The notes under the pieces: model-generated
Database searches by the model: none
What the model was told of the DNA's origin: nothing
The model's input: the letters and a program-made list of their open reading frames with translations, nothing else
Made by a program: the position numbers and the translations under genes
Source: a virus
Length of the DNA stretch: 40,915 nt
Direction: 5' to 3' (one strand)
IMG/VR virus record: IMGVR_UViG_3300045988_069369
Part shown: positions 1 through 8,520 of the stretch, piece after piece
How positions within the stretch are numbered: the stretch's first letter is position 1
Layout: the number at the start of each line of letters is the position of its first letter

Positions 1-119
1 CTGGTGTATTAGTCACTGGATTGTTGTTCTTAGTGTAACCATTGTCCGTGATACCAGTCAAGTCGATGTTACCGTCAAGACCGCCTGCGATATAAGTAGA
101 GGTAAACTGATAGATAGAC
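1..119. repeat. Window-end duplication: 1-119 is identical to 40797-40915 (circular or circularly permuted 40,796-bp unit, opened inside the endolysin gene)
   Basis: Direct comparison of both ends. ctggtgtattagtcactgg...aaactgatagatagac occurs at 1-119 and again at 40797-40915 with no mismatch. Confidence 0.97.
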
Positions 120-721
120 ACTCCATCCATTGATGGAAAAACGTCATAATTCGGTGTTGGAGTTACATTGTAACTTGGGTACGCAGCCATCCAAAGCGAA
201 TTAGGGAACTCACGGATAATCTGGTCTGTGTACACGTTAGCTAACGTGAAAGGCTTGTAGCTGTAATACATAGGCGTATAACCAGCCGCCTTAATCATAC
301 GCATACCATGAAGGATTGCGTTGGTATTCGCTTGTTTATTAGGGCTAGCGCCACTTTCATAGTCAAGAGCTACGATTGATCCTTTTGGCGTTTGAACCTG
401 TGGCAAGAATGTATTTAAGACTTGCTCACCAAGACTTGCGTTGCTACCAACTTGATACCAAATGTAAGTATGGGCACGTTTTCCTTGTGCAATTGCTGAT
501 GCAACTTGTGTCTCATACGTTGATTGTTTGTAAATCCCACCGCCGTTGACACCACCAATTTGGGAAATTGCAAACTTGTCATGACTGTAACCAAAGACAC
601 CGTTAGGACCTTGATATCGTGACCAGTCTACACCTTGGTCCCCGACAGCAGCATAAGCCGTTGATTGCAAAAGAATACTAGCACCTAACAATGCGCTTGC
701 CAATAATTGTTTAATCTTCAT
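1..721 (-). CDS. Endolysin, N-terminal part (Sec-type signal peptide plus GH25-like muramidase). The frame runs off base 1 and continues at 40796 down to the stop at 40240, 425 aa in total.
   Basis: Own translation from ATG 721-719 gives MKIKQLLASALLGASILLQSTAYA/AVGDQGVDWSRYQGPNGVFGYSHDKFAISQIGG... There is no stop down to base 1. The last residues [20 protein letters not shown] are the first residues of the 40240..40857 track ORF. The start overlaps the holin stop (ATGAAGATTAA). The ORF is absent from the track because it runs off the window edge. Confidence 0.9.
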   Translation of the reverse strand, partial: MKIKQLLASALLGASILLQSTAYAAVGDQGVDWSRYQGPNGVFGYSHDKFAISQIGGVNGGGIYKQSTYETQVASAIAQGKRAHTYIWYQVGSNASLGEQVLNTFLPQVQTPKGSIVALDYESGASPNKQANTNAILHGMRMIKAAGYTPMYYSYKPFTLANVYTDQIIREFPNSLWMAAYPSYNVTPTPNYDVFPSMDGVSIYQFTSTYIAGGLDGNIDLTGITDNGYTKNNNPVTNTP

Positions 722-908
722 TAACGTCTTCCTCCTTTAAGTCAGACAAATTAGTTAGTACACAAACCAATCCAGATAAGAGGGCGGTTGAAACAACAAC
801 TCTCCAATCAACTTGACTAATTAATGTACTGGCGCCGATGACACCAACTGCTGATTGTGCCATGGTTTTCAAAACCTTAACTCCCAATTTTTCAAAATAA
901 TTTTTCAT
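711..908 (-). CDS. Holin (65 aa, two hydrophobic segments, acidic C-terminus)
   Basis: Track ORF. Hydrophobic stretches AQSAVGVIGASTLI and VVVSTALLSGLVCVLT, with charged tail KEEDVNED. It lies immediately upstream of the endolysin start and overlaps it. Confidence 0.7.
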   Translation of the reverse strand: MKNYFEKLGVKVLKTMAQSAVGVIGASTLISQVDWRVVVSTALLSGLVCVLTNLSDLKEEDVNED

Positions 909-1129
909 TTCTCAACCTCGCTTTCCAAGCGTGTGATGCGTTCATCAACGTACTTACTGTGTTCTTCCAGCTTAAAGGTACGTTCGATGACGCTGTTATG
1001 TTTATCGACCTGTTTCTTTAATTCGTTGATTTGATAGTTGGTTAGCTTAGTACTCGTTAAAATACCGCCAAATGTGCCAACCAAACTTGCAATCAACGAG
1101 AATATTCCTGTTAAAATTTCAACATGCAT
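905..1129 (-). CDS. Small membrane plus coiled-coil protein of the lysis cassette (second holin-like or XhlA-like component)
   Basis: Track ORF. N-terminal TM segment ILTGIFSLIASLVGTFGGIL followed by heptad-like KKQVDKHNSVIERTFKLEEH...RLESEVEK. It has a 4-nt overlap with the holin start. Confidence 0.45.
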   Translation of the reverse strand: MHVEILTGIFSLIASLVGTFGGILTSTKLTNYQINELKKQVDKHNSVIERTFKLEEHSKYVDERITRLESEVEK

Positions 1130-1153
1130 AATCTCCTCTCGCTTTCCTAAGTC

Positions 1154-1402
1154 TTATTCGGCAGATTCTTTTGTTAAATCAGCCAAAATAGCATCTTCAA
1201 CTTTATAGCGTTCATCTATGAATTCTGCTTCTTGCTTACGCATTTCAATGCGATTTTCAGCGTATAAATTAGGATTGTGTACGTATTCGTTAATTGTTGA
1301 AATACCATTTTCATTAATATCAACGATATATTGTTTGATAAGCTCTTCTTCGATTTTTAGGTTACCGACTAAGCGAGTTGTTTTAATTGTTTCAAGTGCC
1401 AT
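1154..1402 (-). CDS. Hypothetical protein (82 aa) between the tail genes and the lysis cassette
   Basis: Track ORF with an AAAGGAGAA Shine-Dalgarno upstream of the ATG at 1402. Confidence 0.5.
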   Translation of the reverse strand: MALETIKTTRLVGNLKIEEELIKQYIVDINENGISTINEYVHNPNLYAENRIEMRKQEAEFIDERYKVEDAILADLTKESAE

Positions 1403-1406
1403 AATA

Positions 1407-1577
1407 TTATTCTCCTTTGTTTTGTGTTTCTGGTGCGGTCGCTTCTTCTAGTTGTTGTTGAAGCTCTGCGTTTTGTTGTTGTAATTGTTCGACTTGCGCC
1501 TGTAAGGTTGCGTTATCTAGCTCTAATTGCGCAATTCTTAGCGCTAATTTTGATTGAATGTTTTGATTTAAATCCAC
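1407..1577 (-). CDS. Possible small coiled-coil protein (56 aa, GTG start), below the track size cut-off
   Basis: Own translation: (M)DLNQNIQSKLALRIAQLELDNATLQAQVEQLQQQNAELQQQLEEATAPETQNKGE. The frame opens after TAA, the stop TAA is at 1407-1409, and the last codons supply the SD of the next gene. Confidence 0.35.
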   Translation of the reverse strand: MDLNQNIQSKLALRIAQLELDNATLQAQVEQLQQQNAELQQQLEEATAPETQNKGE

Positions 1578-1789
1578 ATTATACCTACTTTCTTACATAA
1601 ATCGTCTAAAATTCCCGTCAAACTTTTAAAATGCCCAGCTAATTTTATATCTGGCGCACTAATAGCAGCGTTAGTCCCAAAGTTCATAATCATCGAGTAA
1701 TTCCAAGCACCTTTTGAACTATTCGTCTGACTATTTGTGAAGTTCACATCATCTTTCACTAAACCCATAGAATACCGGTTTTTTGGCAT
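1568..1789 (-). CDS. Hypothetical 73-aa protein whose C-terminus duplicates the C-terminal tip of the upstream 1736-aa tail protein
   Basis: Track ORF. GHFKSLTGILDDLCKKVGIMWI aligns with GHIKPLLKIVEELCQKTGILWV at the end of ORF 1759..6969. Confidence 0.45.
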   Translation of the reverse strand: MPKNRYSMGLVKDDVNFTNSQTNSSKGAWNYSMIMNFGTNAAISAPDIKLAGHFKSLTGILDDLCKKVGIMWI

Positions 1790-4700
1790 AATTCTTCCAC
1801 GATCTTTAAGAGTGGTTTTATATGTCCGCCAATCCCTATATCTTTAACGAGTAATCCACCATATACCTCAGCAATAGGAATATCTCCCCAATCTTGAGTG
1901 TTAGATGTGCCCGAAAAAGTATTTTTACCATGCACCGAGAATAACCTTGTATCTTTAGAATCATATAAAATAAACGCGTCAGCGTTTATTTTAGCTTCGG
2001 ATGTAGGTTTGTTTTCTACCGTGTTGAAAAGAGTAAATTTTACACCAGCCTGTCTACTATTATCACTTTTTCTAATGTTAAAAGCGGAAGTCAGATATTC
2101 TTGAGAGAAAGTGTCCTTACCAAGATAAGTTGTAATTTCAAAGATTTTGTCATTTGCGACACGTTGTATGTATCCGTAATTATTATTAAAAGTTAGTGTT
2201 CCTCCATTTAAATCAAATACAGTCGCTCCGTTTGTGCTCCTTAATTGTCCCCCGCTAATCATATTCGCTGTGATAGCTCCTGCCGATATCTTATTACTTG
2301 TGATAGCTCCGTCGACAATCATGTCACCTTTGACTTTTATCTTGTCAGAGAATAAGTTGATAGCATTTTGGTTAACAGCAAAATAAGAACCGATAGCGTT
2401 AGCAACATCAGTTGTTGACTTGCCAGCTTTCATGACAATTCCATCTGTATTAATCGTCAAGCTAGCGCTCTTAACCGTCGTGCTGTCTAGCGTATTGACA
2501 CCAGCTTGAGCTGCATCAGCTTTTGAAACAGCTGTGTTTGCTGTTGATTGTGCTGTGTTAGCTTTGGTCTCTACGCTTGACACGCTAGCAGTGATTGCGT
2601 CGGTTGTTTGTTTGATTTCAGACTGCGCACTGGCTAGCTTGCTATCGTAGTCTTCGGGAGCAGGTGTGTAATCTGTAGATACTTTCCCGCGTTCTAGCTT
2701 TATTTTGCTGTATTTAGTTGGATAAGACACTTTTGCATAAGTAGCGTTGGCTGGACTTGTGTATTGTCTGCCACCTTTTAAGTTAGCAGCTGTTGCTGCC
2801 CCAGTCGGTCGACTTATCCAACCACTGTAATCGTTAATGTTGCTACTGTACCAAGCTAGCGAATACCACATATTAGTTTCAGTTACGTCTTCATAAGTAG
2901 TTAATGTATAGACTGTTGACGGCTCAATTTTAATCCAGTCTGTCAACATATGATTCGTGTCTGCAATTGGCTGTATTCCCATCGAAAGACGTGAACCTAC
3001 TTGTGCTGTTGATTTGATAATCAAATTCTTAGCACCTAATTCAGTCGGAATCTTACCCTCAACACTCGTAATCTTACTGCTCAATTGGTTAGCTGTCGCT
3101 GTCAAGTTGCTTTCTGCAGTCGTCACACGACCGCTTAGTGTGTTGAAATCAGATTGTGAAACCTTAGCTTGCAAGCCTGTATTCAATGCGCTGATTTGAG
3201 TCGTGTGTGTACTGATTGTTTGTGCGTTATTGTTAGCAGTGGCTTGTGCATTATCAGCTTTGCTTGTGGCTGTAGAAATACCAGATTGCAAATCAGACTT
3301 AGCGGCGTTTAGCTCTGTCTTAGTGGCAAGCAAAGTCATGCCGTCTGCGGTTTGCTGAATTTGACTAGATAGCGAGCTGATTTCTTCAATGGCATCTTCT
3401 GGTGCTGGAGACCAGTCGGTGGCTAGACTGCCACGTTCGATTTTAAATGGGTCTCCGTACACACCATCGAAGCTTACTTTAAAATAAGACACATCATTGG
3501 TTAAAGTGATTGTTTTAACAGTTTTAGTGTCTTTAGTGTACGAGATAACATCGCGTCCCATAAAATTCTTATTAGCGTCATATTTAGCTAACCTCAACCA
3601 CTCTAAATTTCCCGCCGCAAATTTTGGCGCTGTGATTGTAAATTGTTTGTTATTCGTCCCATCAATAAACCCAGTCGTAAATTGAGTGGTAGCAGTTGCA
3701 AGATTGCCGTTTGCATCAATATAACCATTTTGAATTTGTGATCGGATAATTAAATTCCGCCCACCGAGACTTTTTGGAATCTTACCTTCGACCGCAGACA
3801 CTGCACTTGTAATTTGACCAGGAACTGCTTCGATTTTTGTCTGCAAACTGCTAATGTTGCCGTTTGCTGTTTGCAGATTACTTTGCAAGTTAGCTACTGC
3901 TTTATCATTGCTAGCTTGATAGTTAGCCAGGTTGGTTTTAGTCGTATTGGCTGTTGTGGTCGTTGCTGTTAAGTCATTACGAATGCCAGTCACATCACTT
4001 GTATATGTTGACTTAGCCACATAATCCTTAGCAATCGCTGTACGTTCAGCAGTCAATTGACGTGCTGTTTCGGTCTTAGCGCTCTCAAAGTATTGGTTAG
4101 CCCGTGTGGTTTCCCCATCTTTGTATGTTTCAAGCGATTCAATACGTGTGCTGAAACCTTTCGCTGTTTGGTCTGCGACAGTCTTGTTCTGCTGCACTGT
4201 TCCGTCTAGATTTTGGACAGTCGTTTGCAAACTGGCGTAGTTTTGGTCTGCGGTCTGCTTGTAATCAGCCACTTTTTGCTCGAGGTCAGCTTCGTTTGGA
4301 CTGTAATCAGTTGCAACGTTGCCACGTTCGATTTTATTACAAGTGTAATAAACAAACTTACCACTTTCACTGTTTGTCGTCTGCTCCCAGCCAAGATAAT
4401 TAACACGATGGTCTTCTGACAACATTTTTTCCGTAACAGTGAATGTAACGCTAACTTTTTGCCATTCATTTGTTAAGTTGATTCTTTCAGCTTTTCCGCT
4501 TATGTTCTCTGTATCACTTTGATTATTATAGCGAACAAATAAACGAGACTGAATCGGCGTTTCTTGGTCAGTCTTAGCCAAAACGGAATATGTCAAAACA
4601 TCACCGACTTTTAGCAGTCCTCGCTCAACTAAATGATTGTTTAGATTAATACCTAATCTGTTCCAAACTCCTTGAGTTTTGTATACAACTGCACCGTTGT

Positions 4701-6969
4701 AAGTTTCGCTTGTTTTTGCTGTGCCGTAAAACTGATAATATCCAGTTTGAGGCGCTTGCCAAGGGTCTGCAGAATATAACAAAAGGTTAGTGCCACCGAT
4801 TTTTAAATTTTCAAACTTCGCACTCAGCCCATTCAACCCAATTTCAAGCGTTGCCGTTTTTTGACTAGCGCTGTTAGCTGTTGTCTGAACTTGTGATAAT
4901 GTCGTTTTAGTGCTCGTTAAATCATCTTCGACCGTCTTAGTTCGTGCAGTGACGCTTGTAATGTCTTTGCCATTTTGGGCTATTGTTTTGCTTAATTCGC
5001 TCACTGTCGCCTTCGTCCCATTTGCGGTTTCTTCAACAGTTGAAACACGACTGGTTAAATCTGCTTGTGCGCTAGCTTGTGCTTGTAACTGATTAGCTTG
5101 GCTAGTCAAGTCTTGCTTAGCTTTAGTTAAATCACTTTGCAAGTTAGTAGCTTTCGTATCAACTTCGCTAACTGCGTTTTGCAAGTCTGTTTTTGCTTTA
5201 GACAAATCGTTAGCAACTGCGGCGAGTTGCTCCTTAGCTTCATTGACTGCTGCAAGCGAATCATCTCGCACTTTCTCGATATTGGCTGATAAAGCAGTCA
5301 ATTCTTGTTTAGCTTTGTCAAGTGCTTCTGTGATACCTGTCGTGTCAGCATCCAGACCGTCATCCCCTCGAGCGCCAATAACAGCTGGTTCAGTAACTAA
5401 ACTTGTGTCATTCGTGTACGTGATGACGTCGTACGACCACATATAGTTTTTGTCTGCTGTAACAGTCGTTGGTTTAGTAGACCAGTTTTGACCGCCTGTT
5501 GTGACACCATCTGACTGGTCGTTAGTCGTGTAATAACGTTTGATTGATTTAATACCAACACCGTCGTCAGAATTGGTGAATGTGATGTATTCACGAGCCA
5601 CCTCGTTACCGCCAACAATTGCAACTGCCACAACATTTAGCGTGCCAGTGACTTGGCTAGCGTTGATTGTAACACTTGATGTTTCGCTGACAACGCTGTT
5701 ATTGATAAGCCATTTCCAATCTGCATTAACAATCTTGCTATACTTTTCAAGCTTAGCTGTGATTGTGCTTGAGCCTTGACCGTTTTTAAAATTAAAACCA
5801 TTGTTAGTTTCTAGGCGGATAATGTACGGTGCTGCCTCATTTGCTAACTGTTCAACTTGCTTAAGTAATTCGCTAGCAACTTGTGAATACTTGCGCTCGA
5901 AGTTAGTAAGCGTTGATTTTGTAACTCTACCAGTGATTAAATCTTCGGTAAGCTCCGAAATGCGAGCCTGTACGTAAAGTGGAGGGTCGTAATGCACGTC
6001 GTCAATCAAAGTACGTGTGTCGCCAACATCTCCGTTGATAGCCCCCTCGATATCGTATGTAATTTCTGGCAAACAAATCTTTTTAAGTTCCCCAAGCATG
6101 TAGCCCCAGAGAGCCTCTTTGGTGCTGTATTCGGTTTCTCCTAACTCTTTAATAATCCAGTTATCATTTGATTTCTTGCCGACTGATGGGTACTTATCAC
6201 GGCTTTGGGGTGCATAGACTGTATTCGCATTAGAATAGTAAAGCAGATTGCCGTCATCGTCATAGACTTTTTTGTTCAGCCCATCAAGAGTCAACCCGTC
6301 CTTACCAGTAGCACGCACCGCTGTGCGTAACTCCTTCAAATTATCGCTATAATTAATGACTTTTAAGCCACGTCCAACACGAATTGGACTAGCAGCACGA
6401 TTAGAACCGAGATTGCCTTTCTTATAGACGTTCAATACTTGACGTTTTAACGAGTAGTCTTGGTTCAATTCGACAGTAAATTCAAGTTCTGCATCAAAGC
6501 TGTTAGCAATTGAGAAAAGACGTGCCAGAATCGTGTCTGTGCCAGTCCATTCAAGTTTGATACGTTTATCTGCTACTTCATTAATACCAAGCTCTAAGGC
6601 GTGTTCTGGGTCGTAATAAGCCAAATATTCGACGAAGCTCATTGCATTAGCTGGCTTGTGCGCCCCCCGCTCTTCTTGATTAAGCTCTAGGCCAATAGAA
6701 TAAGCTGTTATTTCAACCTTATAGCCCTTTTTGCTCAAATCCATGATATTCAACCAATAAGGACGCCCTTTGTAGATAAAAGCAAGCTTGCAGCCAGTTC
6801 TGATGGTATCAATATCTTTTGAATTGTACTCGATTGTCAAAATGCTAGCTGAACCAGCCAAGAAACGCTGTAGATTAGCGCTCTGATAGCGAATACCAGA
6901 AATATTATCAAAAAAAGCTACATTATGACTGTCTGTTGAATCACGAATTGCAATACGTACGTTTTCCAT
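1759..6969 (-). CDS. Tail-associated host-recognition protein (Tal-like N-terminal prophage-tail domain, long coiled-coil stalks, three CBM-like modules, C-terminal tip)
   Basis: 1736-aa track ORF directly after Dit. The N-terminus MENVRIAIRDSTDSH...GRPYWLNIMD is typical of siphophage minor structural/Tal proteins. There are Ala/Thr/Gln-rich heptad regions and a thrice-repeated module ending K(I/L)ERG..(A/S)TD(Y/W)(S/T)P..ED. Confidence 0.85.
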   Translation of the reverse strand: MENVRIAIRDSTDSHNVAFFDNISGIRYQSANLQRFLAGSASILTIEYNSKDIDTIRTGCKLAFIYKGRPYWLNIMDLSKKGYKVEITAYSIGLELNQEERGAHKPANAMSFVEYLAYYDPEHALELGINEVADKRIKLEWTGTDTILARLFSIANSFDAELEFTVELNQDYSLKRQVLNVYKKGNLGSNRAASPIRVGRGLKVINYSDNLKELRTAVRATGKDGLTLDGLNKKVYDDDGNLLYYSNANTVYAPQSRDKYPSVGKKSNDNWIIKELGETEYSTKEALWGYMLGELKKICLPEITYDIEGAINGDVGDTRTLIDDVHYDPPLYVQARISELTEDLITGRVTKSTLTNFERKYSQVASELLKQVEQLANEAAPYIIRLETNNGFNFKNGQGSSTITAKLEKYSKIVNADWKWLINNSVVSETSSVTINASQVTGTLNVVAVAIVGGNEVAREYITFTNSDDGVGIKSIKRYYTTNDQSDGVTTGGQNWSTKPTTVTADKNYMWSYDVITYTNDTSLVTEPAVIGARGDDGLDADTTGITEALDKAKQELTALSANIEKVRDDSLAAVNEAKEQLAAVANDLSKAKTDLQNAVSEVDTKATNLQSDLTKAKQDLTSQANQLQAQASAQADLTSRVSTVEETANGTKATVSELSKTIAQNGKDITSVTARTKTVEDDLTSTKTTLSQVQTTANSASQKTATLEIGLNGLSAKFENLKIGGTNLLLYSADPWQAPQTGYYQFYGTAKTSETYNGAVVYKTQGVWNRLGINLNNHLVERGLLKVGDVLTYSVLAKTDQETPIQSRLFVRYNNQSDTENISGKAERINLTNEWQKVSVTFTVTEKMLSEDHRVNYLGWEQTTNSESGKFVYYTCNKIERGNVATDYSPNEADLEQKVADYKQTADQNYASLQTTVQNLDGTVQQNKTVADQTAKGFSTRIESLETYKDGETTRANQYFESAKTETARQLTAERTAIAKDYVAKSTYTSDVTGIRNDLTATTTTANTTKTNLANYQASNDKAVANLQSNLQTANGNISSLQTKIEAVPGQITSAVSAVEGKIPKSLGGRNLIIRSQIQNGYIDANGNLATATTQFTTGFIDGTNNKQFTITAPKFAAGNLEWLRLAKYDANKNFMGRDVISYTKDTKTVKTITLTNDVSYFKVSFDGVYGDPFKIERGSLATDWSPAPEDAIEEISSLSSQIQQTADGMTLLATKTELNAAKSDLQSGISTATSKADNAQATANNNAQTISTHTTQISALNTGLQAKVSQSDFNTLSGRVTTAESNLTATANQLSSKITSVEGKIPTELGAKNLIIKSTAQVGSRLSMGIQPIADTNHMLTDWIKIEPSTVYTLTTYEDVTETNMWYSLAWYSSNINDYSGWISRPTGAATAANLKGGRQYTSPANATYAKVSYPTKYSKIKLERGKVSTDYTPAPEDYDSKLASAQSEIKQTTDAITASVSSVETKANTAQSTANTAVSKADAAQAGVNTLDSTTVKSASLTINTDGIVMKAGKSTTDVANAIGSYFAVNQNAINLFSDKIKVKGDMIVDGAITSNKISAGAITANMISGGQLRSTNGATVFDLNGGTLTFNNNYGYIQRVANDKIFEITTYLGKDTFSQEYLTSAFNIRKSDNSRQAGVKFTLFNTVENKPTSEAKINADAFILYDSKDTRLFSVHGKNTFSGTSNTQDWGDIPIAEVYGGLLVKDIGIGGHIKPLLKIVEELCQKTGILWV

Positions 6970-8520
6970 CTAAATGTATACCTCCTTAATTATCGCTTTA
7001 GCGCTCTCAATTTCGGCAAAGCTTGACATGTTAAGATGCACTTTCGTAGTTCCTGGCGGGACTTTGAAGTATGATGTCCCTAAAATTTCATCATCTTTTC
7101 TGATTTGATTGTTGACTTTAAACTCACCTTTCTCGCCGTCAATTTTGATTACTGACCCAGCTGGATAGCGATTTGGGACATCTTTCCAATAAGGTACATG
7201 TAATTCAAAGAAAGTGAAGTCGTTTAGATAGTGATGTGTGACAAATTGTTGTGTTGTACTGTTTGAGCCAGCATAGTTTCCAACGAAGAATTGAATGCGT
7301 TTCGCTTTCTTGCCGTTAAGCTGGCTAGCTGGGAACGGAAAATAACTTCCGTACCAGAAAAACTGCACTCGGTCTTTCTCTTTGACGAGGTCAAACATGT
7401 TTGAGTTGCGGTCGATGGCTTGGGCACCATACGGGTTGGGTGGTATCCAATAGGACGGCGTGAACTTGATGTCTTTTTTAACTATGCTTCCGCCGTTGCC
7501 GTCACCAACCAAAAAACGCACGTAAGCGTCGTTACGTGTGCGGTCATTCTTTTCAATAGCCATACCAGCCAAAAGGTGGTTATCCTCATCAATCACCGCA
7601 AGGCACCATTCACCATTTTGACTTACTAGACCAGTTTCAAACCAAGCCCTCGCCCAGATATACCACTGCTCGACTGGCGTCTCCAATATGTACTCTTTGC
7701 AAGCGCCATAGCCAAACGCCCCAGCAGTTCCGCTTGTTGGAAAACTTGCTGGCATAAGCCCGAGACGACCGCCGAAAGCAGCATCTGACGACATTTGGGT
7801 TGTTACGATTTTTCTTTGATTCTCATAAAACACGTTGCTGTCTGTCCAATTGGCAAAGTCCCCTTTTTGATTGTTAGTTATCACGACATTCTTACGGTCA
7901 ATATAGCCATCTGCTTCGTCATACTTACCGAATTGCAGTAAACCATAAGGACTTGTAACTGCAACATAGCCTGACTCTTTTTTGAGTTTGATTTCGTAGT
8001 TGACGTATGCGTCTTCAGTGCCGTCGTTGACAATTTCAGCTTCGTATACGCCGAAGTCGTTTTTTGCAAACTCAAAAGTGCGTGTGGCTCTAGTGTGCGC
8101 AACTCCATCTGGAACATAAAACTTGATTGTTGTTTCGTCATACCAATCAGAGATGCCTTGCAACTCGATATCACCGCTAGGAATAGCATTATAATAGCGA
8201 TTTGGCTCGTCTGGCAACACTAGCTCGTGTGTTTCTCTAGTGTTTAAAACCCTTGCTAACTGGTCTCGTATCTCACCTAAGTCTTCTCGAACGGTTGGGG
8301 TGTATTCGATTGTATCAAAGAAACCCCCCCCAGCCATATCTCTGGAAGCTAGTGAAACTGTCACCTCGATAGTTTTTCCAGCAAAAGTGACCTCCTGCAA
8401 TTCTTCCCCAGTTCCAAGAATATCTTCTGTTGTCAACTTGCGCTCATTACCAATTGTGCGCTTTGCTTTTATAAAATTTAAAAAAGGCGTTAAATCAACG
8501 CCGTTATATGTAAATGGCAT
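6970..8520 (-). CDS. Distal tail protein (Dit), enlarged form with an extra domain
   Basis: 516-aa track ORF between TMP and Tal. The N-terminus [28 protein letters not shown] is typical of the siphophage tail family. Its size is about twice that of a minimal Dit. Confidence 0.8.
   Translation of the reverse strand: MPFTYNGVDLTPFLNFIKAKRTIGNERKLTTEDILGTGEELQEVTFAGKTIEVTVSLASRDMAGGGFFDTIEYTPTVREDLGEIRDQLARVLNTRETHELVLPDEPNRYYNAIPSGDIELQGISDWYDETTIKFYVPDGVAHTRATRTFEFAKNDFGVYEAEIVNDGTEDAYVNYEIKLKKESGYVAVTSPYGLLQFGKYDEADGYIDRKNVVITNNQKGDFANWTDSNVFYENQRKIVTTQMSSDAAFGGRLGLMPASFPTSGTAGAFGYGACKEYILETPVEQWYIWARAWFETGLVSQNGEWCLAVIDEDNHLLAGMAIEKNDRTRNDAYVRFLVGDGNGGSIVKKDIKFTPSYWIPPNPYGAQAIDRNSNMFDLVKEKDRVQFFWYGSYFPFPASQLNGKKAKRIQFFVGNYAGSNSTTQQFVTHHYLNDFTFFELHVPYWKDVPNRYPAGSVIKIDGEKGEFKVNNQIRKDDEILGTSYFKVPPGTTKVHLNMSSFAEIESAKAIIKEVYI

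Noticed and set aside
1568-1860. Diversity-generating retroelement or invertible shufflon as the explanation for the duplicated tail-tip sequence
   Set aside because: The genome has no reverse transcriptase, no invertase or recombinase, and no inverted crossover sites. The two copies are direct and differ by general divergence rather than adenine-specific changes.
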